Source: a virus. From it: a stretch of DNA of 64,000 nt. The stretch lies in IMG/VR virus record IMGVR_UViG_3300043410_000542, positions 22,258 through 86,257 of that record; one strand, 5' to 3'. The translations under genes were made by a program, and so were the position numbers. Under the pieces are notes generated by a model that was not told where the DNA came from, did no database searches, and worked only from the letters and a program-made list of their open reading frames with translations. This document shows, piece after piece, positions 10,110-19,200 of this stretch; the stretch's first letter is position 1, and each line of letters starts with the position of its first letter.

Positions 10110-10736
10110 ATGGCAACAGCCTCACAATCACTCTTTAACATGACAGTTGGCGCAGACAACACACCTAGTTCTCAAGGTTTGTTGATGCCTAAGTTGCAAT
10201 ATCGTTTCAGAGCTTTATTCATTAACTTCGGTACAGGCGGTTCTACTCAAGAATTGACTAAGCAAGTTATGGACATTCAACGTCCTAACGTTCAGTTTGA
10301 AGAAGTTACATTGGACATCTATAACAGCAAAGTGTATCTAGCTGGTAAGCACTCATGGCAAGAAACTCAAATCAACTTGCGTGACGATGCTGCTGGTAAC
10401 GTATCTAAGTTAGTTGGTCAACAATTACAAAAGCAATTTGACTTTGTTGAGCAAGCATCTGCTGCTACAGGTCAAGATTACAAGTTCCAAATCAACTATG
10501 AAATCTTAGACGGTGGTAACGGTACACTAACTCCAAACGTATTAGAGACATGGGAATTGTACGGTTGCTTCATCAAATCAGCAAACTACAACAACATGGA
10601 TTACAAATCAAACGATCCAGCAACTATTCAGTTGTCAATTCGTTTCGATAACGCAATTCAAAGTCCTCTATCTTCTGGTATTGGTACTAATGTCGGTCGT
10701 GCATTCGGCGGTACAGCGGTTACTGGTCTAGGTTAA
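10110..10736 (+). CDS. Tail tube protein (T4 gp19-like)
   Basis: Follows the sheath; YRFR, KVYLAGKHSW, WELYGCF, IQLSIRFDNA tube-fold motifs. Confidence 0.85.
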   Translation: MATASQSLFNMTVGADNTPSSQGLLMPKLQYRFRALFINFGTGGSTQELTKQVMDIQRPNVQFEEVTLDIYNSKVYLAGKHSWQETQINLRDDAAGNVSKLVGQQLQKQFDFVEQASAATGQDYKFQINYEILDGGNGTLTPNVLETWELYGCFIKSANYNNMDYKSNDPATIQLSIRFDNAIQSPLSSGIGTNVGRAFGGTAVTGLG

Positions 10737-10749
10737 TATTTAGGATATT

Positions 10750-11910
10750 ATGTCTGGATTTTTCCAAGACTTACTGCAATCTGCCGTTTCTACTGTAAAG
10801 AAAGAATCTGGCAACGCAGTCAAAGCATTCTTCGGTAATGAATACTTGCGTGATTACACTCACGCAAGTAAAACCTTTAGGTCTAATTCATATGGCTATG
10901 CACCGAAGTTCAAATTCTTATTCCACGTTTATTTCGATATCAACAAAGACTTGATATCTGCTACTGGTAGATTACCTACAGACCAGAACTTTGGTCTTGC
11001 AGTGAAAACAGTTCAATTACCTAAGTTTAGTTTTGACTTAGCAACAATGAATCAATACAATCGTAAACGTGTAATTCAAACAAAAATCAAATACGATCCT
11101 ATTACTATCACATTCCATGATGACCACAGTAATTTGATTCGTAAGTTATGGCACACATACTACACTTACTATTATAAAGATGCGGCTCAAACTGACATGA
11201 GTCCTGGTAGTACTAGTGGAAGAAACGTATATACTAACATAACTCAAAATGACCACGATTGGGGTTATATCGGTGAAGGTAACGACAAACCTACACCAAC
11301 AGGAGCAGCACTAGGTGCTACAAAACCTGTATTCTTCAAGACTATTGATATCTATGGAATGAGTCAACATAACTTCTCATTGTATAGATTAGTCAATCCA
11401 GTCATTGAGAGTTTCCAACATGATACACACAGCTATTCTGAAGGTAGTGGCATCATGGAAAACACAATGACACTTCAGTACGAAACAGTTAAGTATTACG
11501 AAGGTGCATTGGATGGTAAGAGACCAGACGAAATCGTTAAGATGTTTGGTCAAGATGCTCATTATGACAGAACAGTTAGTCCTATTGCTAAACCAGGTAG
11601 CCAATCAAGTATTCTTGGTCAAGGTGGTTTGGTTGATGCCGCAGGTGGTATCTTAGATGACTTGACAAACATTCCACCGAACTTCTTGGGTGCTATTCAG
11701 AAAGCTGGCACAACAGCACAGACATTTAAGAATCCTAAGAATGTATTGAACATTGCTAAAGGTGAAGCACTTGGTATGGCAGCAGATGCCATCACCGGAA
11801 CACCTAATAGAAATACGATGTTCAACTTCCCTAACGCTGCATCATCAGTTGTCAAATCAACTAATGCGGCAATCGGGCGTGTAGTTCCTCCTATCACTAT
11901 TAACAAGTAA
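10750..11910 (+). CDS. Tube-fold tail/baseplate protein (gp48/gp54-like)
   Basis: KTVQLPKF, YDPITITFHDD, MTLQYE; position after the tube gene. Confidence 0.65.
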   Translation: MSGFFQDLLQSAVSTVKKESGNAVKAFFGNEYLRDYTHASKTFRSNSYGYAPKFKFLFHVYFDINKDLISATGRLPTDQNFGLAVKTVQLPKFSFDLATMNQYNRKRVIQTKIKYDPITITFHDDHSNLIRKLWHTYYTYYYKDAAQTDMSPGSTSGRNVYTNITQNDHDWGYIGEGNDKPTPTGAALGATKPVFFKTIDIYGMSQHNFSLYRLVNPVIESFQHDTHSYSEGSGIMENTMTLQYETVKYYEGALDGKRPDEIVKMFGQDAHYDRTVSPIAKPGSQSSILGQGGLVDAAGGILDDLTNIPPNFLGAIQKAGTTAQTFKNPKNVLNIAKGEALGMAADAITGTPNRNTMFNFPNAASSVVKSTNAAIGRVVPPITINK

Positions 11911-11931
11911 TAAATATACTACGAGGTATAT

Positions 11932-12294
11932 ATGGCACAAATCGTAGACGGACCAAGAACACATTTAGACAACACAGTAAGAGTATTTGATAGCTTTTAC
12001 AATTTTGAAATTAGCATCGATGCTAACACATATGAAATTGTGAGATCCTATTTCTATTCTGTATCAGATAATGCTGACATAGCAGATAACTTCACTGCTA
12101 TGTTGTTTAGAATTTCAAGTATCACAGATGAAGAACCCTTAAACTTGTTAGGCTACTTGCAAGGTACTTCTAAGTTAGAAACTACCGCATTGATGGCTTA
12201 CTACTTAAACAGTTTAAAGAGTAAGACGACATTATACGGAGTTAGCGCAACGCCTACTCCCAACGAAAACGTACAACGTAACGTGGTGGTATAA
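11932..12294 (+). CDS. Hypothetical late protein
   Basis: ATAAATA promoter and GAGG RBS. Confidence 0.75.
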   Translation: MAQIVDGPRTHLDNTVRVFDSFYNFEISIDANTYEIVRSYFYSVSDNADIADNFTAMLFRISSITDEEPLNLLGYLQGTSKLETTALMAYYLNSLKSKTTLYGVSATPTPNENVQRNVVV

Positions 12295-12731
12295 TGGCTA
12301 AGTGGGCACAGGGTATTTATGAAGTAAGAAATCCAGAGAAGTACATAGGTAATCACAAACCTAAGTATCGTTCAGGATGGGAATTTACTTTCATGCAGTT
12401 CTGTGACAACAACAAAGCAGTGTTGAAATGGGCAAGCGAGGCAATCGCAATTCCCTATATGAATCCTATAACTGGCAAGAGAGCCAACTACATCCCTGAC
12501 TTTTTCGTAGTCTACCAAAACAAACATGGCAAGCAAATTGCCGAAATGATTGAAATCAAACCCAAGAAACAAAGTCTTATTGAAAGTCGTGTAGCGTCAG
12601 CACGTGATAGGGCAGTTGTAGCAGTGAATCATGCTAAGTGGGCAAGTGCAAAAGCATATTGCATTCAAAGCGGATTCACATTTAGAGTCATCACCGAAGA
12701 TGACCTTTTCTACAACGGCAGACGCAAGTAA
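12294..12731 (+). CDS. Head completion nuclease (T4 gp4 / TnsA-like PD-(D/E)xK)
   Basis: NPEKYIG, YRSGWE, WASE, YIPDF, IEIKP, NHAKW, FRVITE. Confidence 0.9.
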   Translation: MAKWAQGIYEVRNPEKYIGNHKPKYRSGWEFTFMQFCDNNKAVLKWASEAIAIPYMNPITGKRANYIPDFFVVYQNKHGKQIAEMIEIKPKKQSLIESRVASARDRAVVAVNHAKWASAKAYCIQSGFTFRVITEDDLFYNGRRK

Positions 12732-12758
12732 TAAATACTACTATTATAGGATAGTAGT

Positions 12759-13250
12759 ATGACCAAGAAACTCAGTGAATTATTTGAACTGCCGGAAGAT
12801 GAGCAGACTCCTGAGCCACATGAATTACAAGCAGAGCAAGCATTCGAAGTAACACAAGAAGCATACTCTACATTAGAAAAGATTGAAAATGCACTGCCTC
12901 AAGTCAGAGGATTAGAAGCAAGTGACAATGAGATGGATGAATTAGCAACTTTAGCCACAGAATCATACAAAGACTTGATGGATTTAGGCATGCAAGTTGA
13001 CAGTAGATTTGCTAGTGAGATTTTCAACTCGGCAAGTAGTATGTTAGGTCATGCTATCACTGCTAAGACTGCAAAGATTAACAAGAAGCTAAAAATGCTT
13101 GATTTGCAGTTGAAAAAAGCAGGTTTAGATGCTAAGAAAGCTGGCAAAGAAGAAGAAATAGAAAATATTCCACTAGGGGAAGGGTCACTAGTAGACAGAA
13201 ACGAACTACTAAGAACGATCCTAGCAAAAAAACCCACTAGTGATAAATAA
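12759..13250 (+). CDS. Hypothetical helical protein (possibly terminase small subunit)
   Basis: Helical, acidic N-terminus, late promoter, next to the gp4-like gene; function is a guess. Confidence 0.5.
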   Translation: MTKKLSELFELPEDEQTPEPHELQAEQAFEVTQEAYSTLEKIENALPQVRGLEASDNEMDELATLATESYKDLMDLGMQVDSRFASEIFNSASSMLGHAITAKTAKINKKLKMLDLQLKKAGLDAKKAGKEEEIENIPLGEGSLVDRNELLRTILAKKPTSDK

Positions 13251-13268
13251 TATAATAGGAATAACACA

Positions 13269-13877
13269 ATGAAAAGCCTTCGACATTACTTAACAGAAAG
13301 TGCTCGTACATATCACTACACGATTAAAATCTTGGGTGATGTTGACAAGAACTTTTTAGACTTATTCAAGCACAACTTGAGCAAATTCGATCCTGTAAAG
13401 ATTGAAGAACCAAAGACAACACCTATTCAGAAGAACCCATACGGTTTTACTGATGCTGAACCTAATCAGAGTGTTACTATCATCAAAGCAGAATTCAGAT
13501 ATCCAGCGACTGAACCAATGATTCAGCAAGTTGCGATGCAACAAGGATTTAACATTAATAGAATTCGTGCGTTGACTACAGATTTCAATGACAGTTTGAA
13601 TGCAGAAAATGACATGTATGCAAATGAAATGTCCGATGAAGATAAAGAACCATTGTTGAACACTGAAGAAATGGGAGACAATGGTAAGCAAGCAGGTGAA
13701 GATTATTCAAAACAATATCTAGACAAAGTTGTTCCTACAAAGCCTAGTATTGATTATGCGTTCGCAGGAAAGCCAGCCCCGAAGGATGTCAACAAGACCA
13801 AAGAAGGTATACAGACCAAGAGCCCGTTTAGCAAAATTAATATGCCTCCTAAGCCAACGACTGGAGCGAGCCGATAA
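13269..13877 (+). CDS. Putative head/internal protein
   Basis: Late promoter 13242-13249; N-terminus MKSLRHYLTE resembles a capsid-targeting leader. Confidence 0.6.
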   Translation: MKSLRHYLTESARTYHYTIKILGDVDKNFLDLFKHNLSKFDPVKIEEPKTTPIQKNPYGFTDAEPNQSVTIIKAEFRYPATEPMIQQVAMQQGFNINRIRALTTDFNDSLNAENDMYANEMSDEDKEPLLNTEEMGDNGKQAGEDYSKQYLDKVVPTKPSIDYAFAGKPAPKDVNKTKEGIQTKSPFSKINMPPKPTTGASR

Positions 13878-13878
13878 A

Positions 13879-14091
13879 ATGATTGACTTCACAGCAAAAC
13901 AATTGAGTTGGATTGTTCTTACTGCATGTGGCATTGGTGGCGGTGGCTACTTAACTATTGACGGTAAGATTAAAGAAGTTGATAACAAGCTAACAGTTAA
14001 CAGTGTTAGACAAGAATCAATTAATGATAAACTAGCCGAGTTGACTAAACAGCTAGGTAGAATCGAAGATAAATTAGATAGAAGAAGATAA
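13879..14091 (+). CDS. Small membrane-anchored coiled-coil protein
   Basis: Start at ATG 13879 (MIDFTAKQLSWIVLTACGIGGGGYL...); one TM segment then heptads. Confidence 0.6.
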   Translation: MIDFTAKQLSWIVLTACGIGGGGYLTIDGKIKEVDNKLTVNSVRQESINDKLAELTKQLGRIEDKLDRRR

Positions 14092-14101
14092 GGAAACGAA
14101 T

Positions 14102-16162
14102 ATGGATTTCAGAAGCCTATTACAATCAATTACTGACCTTTCTGAGTCAGAAGGTAGTCGAGTACATAAAGGTACATACGGTACAAGTTACGGCAAAGAA
14201 GATGTTCGTGACCAATATGGCCATAAAGTTGGTAAAGTAGATAAGGGTGCAGAAGCATCTAAAGAAGCACCAAAGAAAGGTCGCGGTCGTCCAAAGAAGG
14301 ATGGTGGTGAAGGTGCTAAGTTTGATTCATCAGCATTAAGCGCAGCATTTGGTAGCAAGAAGCCAAGCGGTAAAGTTGGTACAGTTTCAGCAAAGCATTC
14401 ATTAAAAGAATACATTGAATCACAGGAACAACTGAAAAGATTTGAAACTGTTATGGAAGGCATCTTCGGTGGTAGTGTTGACCATTCATCAATCGCAGCT
14501 AACTTATCTAAACTAGCAAGAGTTATCAAGTCAGTACAAACTCCAGAACAATTTGCAGTTGCACAAAAGTACGCTCAACGTATGTCTGGTACTATTCAAA
14601 AACATCAGCACGACGGAATGGGTTTTGGTCCAGGCTTGAGAGCTAACATTGGTGTATCTAGAGATATCCAGAAAGACCTAGCAGCTAAGGCTCGTGAGTT
14701 AGGTATTGAATACAAAGCGTTGGAAGAAGAAGAATTAACAATCAAGCCTTTGCCAGGTGCAAGTCAAATTGTTGACCCTACAGGTAAAACAATCGGTACA
14801 GCAGATGCACAAACAGCAAACGTATTGAAGCAAGCTGCCGCAAAAGGCACATTAAACTTAGGTGGACAAAATATGGCAGAAGGTAAAAAAGCAAAGCCAG
14901 ATTTCTTAGACGTTGATGACGATAAAAATGAAAAGGAATCATTTAAAAAGGCTGTATCTGATAAAGAAAAAGACAAGAAAGAAGTTAAAGAAAGTATCAG
15001 CTTTAACGAAATGTCACAAGAAACTCAAAATGATGCACAAGAAATGTTGGCTGAATTGCAATCAGACATTGATGAATTCATCAACACCGGTCATTGCAGT
15101 GATAAGTTAGAAGCATTCTTAAAAGTGCATGGTCATAGCAAGAAGAAAATTGCAGATGAAGCAACTACAATCCCTACATCTTCATTTACAAAACCAGGTA
15201 GCCCGATGGCAGAACCTAGAACTTCAGCTCCTTTAAGTCCTGCAGTTCCAGCAACAGGTGGTGCAGCTCCAATGGACGGTGGTTCTTTCCTTAAGAATCT
15301 AACAATGCCTACAAAAACATTTGAAAGTACAGATATGAAAGATATTCAATTAGAAGGCTGGGAAAAGCAGCTAAACGGTTTATTAACAGAAGGTATCACT
15401 GTATCTTCAAGTCAAGGTCAACAAGGTGCTCCTGATTCAGTATCAGTGACAGCTAATGATGCAGATGCACAACAGTTATTAGCTGTATTGCGTCAAGCAG
15501 GTTTAGGTGTATTCGGTGGCGGTGAGCAACCAACTAGTAACTATGGTGCTCCGATGCCCGCACATGGTGAAGAGCCAGAAGGTAACGGTACAGAGCCAGA
15601 AGCTAGCCCAGAAGTAGCTGATGCAGATGACGATATCATGTCTCTAATCAAGAAAATGACTGGTATTGAGCAAGGTGGTGAACAGCCTCAAACTCTAGAG
15701 CCAGCGCAAGGCGGTGAAGAAGGCAGCGAAGATTACAAAGATGAAGAAGGTTCAGAAGAACAATCTCAAGGTTCAGAAGAACAATCAGGTGAAGAAGAAG
15801 TTACTGACGAAGGTAACGACGGTAATCTAGCTAATAACGCTGAACCATACGATGAAATCACTCAAGGTGACGTAGTTGCAGGTCGTTTAGGTAAAGATGA
15901 AGAAGGCGGCGAAGCAGAGCACGAGCATGAAGAAACTTGTTCTGATTGCGGTCAAGCATCATGCGAATGCGATGACGAAGAATCTAAAGTAGAAGAAGGT
16001 TATGCTAATGAGCCAGACGAAGAAATGGCTAAATTGAAAGCATTGCTATCAATGGGCAACGACATGCACCGCATGAAAGGCTCACAAGCAGTTGGTAATC
16101 CTGTAAGAGTTGCAGAATCTAACATGATTAACGACTGGAAAAAGTTAAGCGGAATAAAATAA
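14102..16162 (+). CDS. Acidic low-complexity prohead core/internal protein with AT-hook
   Basis: KKGRGRPKK AT-hook; very Glu-rich C-half; many [LIVM]-x-E motifs; ends WKKLSGIK. Confidence 0.6.
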   Translation: MDFRSLLQSITDLSESEGSRVHKGTYGTSYGKEDVRDQYGHKVGKVDKGAEASKEAPKKGRGRPKKDGGEGAKFDSSALSAAFGSKKPSGKVGTVSAKHSLKEYIESQEQLKRFETVMEGIFGGSVDHSSIAANLSKLARVIKSVQTPEQFAVAQKYAQRMSGTIQKHQHDGMGFGPGLRANIGVSRDIQKDLAAKARELGIEYKALEEEELTIKPLPGASQIVDPTGKTIGTADAQTANVLKQAAAKGTLNLGGQNMAEGKKAKPDFLDVDDDKNEKESFKKAVSDKEKDKKEVKESISFNEMSQETQNDAQEMLAELQSDIDEFINTGHCSDKLEAFLKVHGHSKKKIADEATTIPTSSFTKPGSPMAEPRTSAPLSPAVPATGGAAPMDGGSFLKNLTMPTKTFESTDMKDIQLEGWEKQLNGLLTEGITVSSSQGQQGAPDSVSVTANDADAQQLLAVLRQAGLGVFGGGEQPTSNYGAPMPAHGEEPEGNGTEPEASPEVADADDDIMSLIKKMTGIEQGGEQPQTLEPAQGGEEGSEDYKDEEGSEEQSQGSEEQSGEEEVTDEGNDGNLANNAEPYDEITQGDVVAGRLGKDEEGGEAEHEHEETCSDCGQASCECDDEESKVEEGYANEPDEEMAKLKALLSMGNDMHRMKGSQAVGNPVRVAESNMINDWKKLSGIK

Positions 16163-16180
16163 TAAAAATCCGCATTTTTA

Positions 16181-16209
16181 AATAGCACTCTTCGGGGTGC
16201 TATTTTTTT
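16181..16209 (+). terminator. Rho-independent terminator
   Basis: AATAGCACTC-TTCG-GGGTGCTATT followed by T run. Confidence 0.9.
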
Positions 16210-16260
16210 GGGCATGTGTTTATTTAAAAACGATAAATACATAATAAGGTGTAATAGAAC

Positions 16261-19200
16261 ATGGCACAACAAATTATCGACTTCGGCGCATTCCCTAACG
16301 ATCCTGCAGCCGATCCTATACGAGCAGCCTTTGCAAAGGTACAGAACAACTTCACGGACTTGTATTCAGCTACATTGAATACAGGTGTACAATCGCTTCA
16401 AACTGGACCTGGGTTAACTCAGAATAGAACGACTGGTAACGTAGTAATATCAGCAAACATATCAAATATCACAATTCAGACTGGACCTGGATTGTTTGTC
16501 GGCGCGGGCGTTGCAGGCACAAATAGCTCTGCTACTATCAGTAGTTATAACACCCCATTCGTTATTACCCTATCACCTAACGTTACTACTTCAAACATCA
16601 CTGCGAGTAACATTAGTGGTACTATTAGAACTGGTGCACAACCTTATATCACATCGGTAGGTACTTTAACTAGCTTATCCGTAACAGGTGGTATTACTGC
16701 AAGTTCATTCTCCGGTAACGTAGTTGGTGGGCAAATTTCAGGTACAATTACTGCACCTGGTTCTAACACACAAATCTTATTCAATAACAGAGGTAACGTA
16801 GGTGCTACTTCTAACTTAGTATACACTGGTACCACATTGACATTGACTGGTGCATTGTCAGTTGTAGGTAACATCACAGCACGTAACGTAGACGGTGGTA
16901 ACTTAGTTTCTGCTAACTACTTCCAAGGTACATTCTTGGGCCCTGCTGCTAACGCAAGTACAGTTAGTGCTAGTTCACAACCTAACATTACATCAGTTGG
17001 TGTATTGACTGGTCTACAAGTTGCAGGTACATTGAATGCTCCTAGCGTTCAGGGTAACTTGTTAGGTAACGTTACTGGTAACGTTATCGGTAACCTAGTA
17101 GGTACTGCTGCAAACTCAGTAACAGTTACAGCAAGTAATCAACCAAACATCACTGCACTGGGTAACCTAGTATTACTAAACGTTGACGGCAATGCGAACA
17201 TCGGTAACATTAGCGCAACGTATGTAACAGCATCATTGACTGCTGATGCAAGTAATCAGCCTAACATTCGTAAAGTTGGTTTACTAGACGGTCTACAAGT
17301 TTCAGGTACAATGGAAGGTGGCAACATCACCTTGACTGGTAACTTAGTAGCTCCTAACATGAGCGTTACGACATTCAGTGCAACGTCAATGTCTGGTAAC
17401 TTGGTAGGTAATGTACAAGGTAATATTTCTGGCAACGTATCAGGTAACGTATCAGGTAACATCAGTGGTAATATCTCTGGTAACATCAGCATCCCAGGTC
17501 AAAACACATACGTTGTATTCAATGATGGTGGGTTAGCTAACACACATAGCGGCATGTCATATAATAGAACAACAGCGTTGTTGTCTATTACAGGTAACGT
17601 TCAAGGCGGTAACGTAACTGCTGCTGGTATTATGTTTGCTACAGTTGCAGCCAACGTAGGTCGTGTAGAATCTGCTAGCAGAACTATCACACTTGCACCT
17701 AGCAATCCAATTACATATTCTGGTACAAGAGTAACAGTTAACACAGCTTCACCTCATGGATTGTCTGTTGGAAATGAAGTCACGTTGAGTGGCATCACTG
17801 GTCCTACTCTAGGTAGTCCTACAAGTGAACCTAACGGTAGCTGGGCAATTGATACAGTACCATCAGCAACATCTTTCACAATCGTTACGGCAAGTACATA
17901 TACAGGTACATTCGGTGGTACACAAGTATTGACAGCACTAGGTACAGTAAGTGCAACTGGTACTATTAAAGGTGCTAACTTAGTTACAAACGGTTTCTTA
18001 AGTGTTCAAGGTAACGCTAACGTTGGTAACATCTATGCAACAACTCACACTGGTGTTGCAGTATCAGTTTCCGGTAACGTATCAGGCGCTAACTTAGTTG
18101 CTAGCGGATTGTTGAACGTTGTCGGTACATCTAACTTGTCAGGTGGTGCAAACATCAATGGTACTATCGTTAACAACGGTAATATTACAACACCTAACGT
18201 AAACGTAACAACAAAATTAACCACACTAGACTTGTCTGCACGTGGTAACTTAGACGGTGCAAACATCAGTACTGGTGGTATTCTATCAGTAACAGGTAAT
18301 GCTTCTACTGGTAACTTAGCTACAGGTATCATCGTAGCAACTGGCAACATTACAGGTGGTGCTGGCACTAACATCAGTATCGGTGGCAACTTTGTAACAA
18401 CAAGTGGTGTACAAGGTGCAACATTAAGATCAACCGGTGGTGCAAACGTAGGTGGCACTGCTAACGTAGGTAGCTTAGAAACACCGGGCACAATTACTGC
18501 TACTGGTAACATCAATGCTAATGCTGCAACTGTTAACGCTGCAAACTTAGTTGCAACTAACTCAATGACAGCCGGTAATCTAGTGACACCGGGTACTCTC
18601 GCAGTAACTGGTAATGCGAACGTAGGTAACTTAGGTGCAACTACAATGACTGGTGTAACTTTGATTGCATCAGGTAACGTATCGGGTGCTAACTTAGTTG
18701 CTAGTGGTTTACTATCAGTAACCGGTAATGCTAATGCAGGTAACGTCGGCACTCAACATATTGTTGCAACCGGTGATATCACTGCATCTTCTGGCACACT
18801 AACATCTAACGTTGCTAACGCTAACTTAATCAATGCCGGTAATGTACAATCAGGTAACATTTATGCAAACAGTGGTTTAATCAGAGCATTGAATCATACT
18901 GTAACTGGACAAGCGACATTGTTGCACGTTGCAGCTTCGGGTACTGCTAGCTTCACTGGTGCTACATTCAGCGTATCTGGTACAGCTACATTAGGTGAAG
19001 TTCCTACAGTCGGTAACATTACATCGCAAGCAAACGTTCAAGCTGCAAACTTAGTTGCAACTAACACATTGACCGGTGGTAACTTAACAACTCCTGGACA
19101 ATTGAGCGTTGCTGGTACAGCTAACGTATCACATATGACATTGCCTACAGTCACATTGACTGGCACAGGCAGTATCACTTCTATTGCATATAGTAGCACT

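Noticed and set aside
5973-12731. HNH-like and TnsA-like ORFs as mobile elements
   Set aside because: The TnsA-like ORF fits head-completion gp4 in its structural context; the HNH-like ORF is free-standing with no intron or terminal repeats visible.
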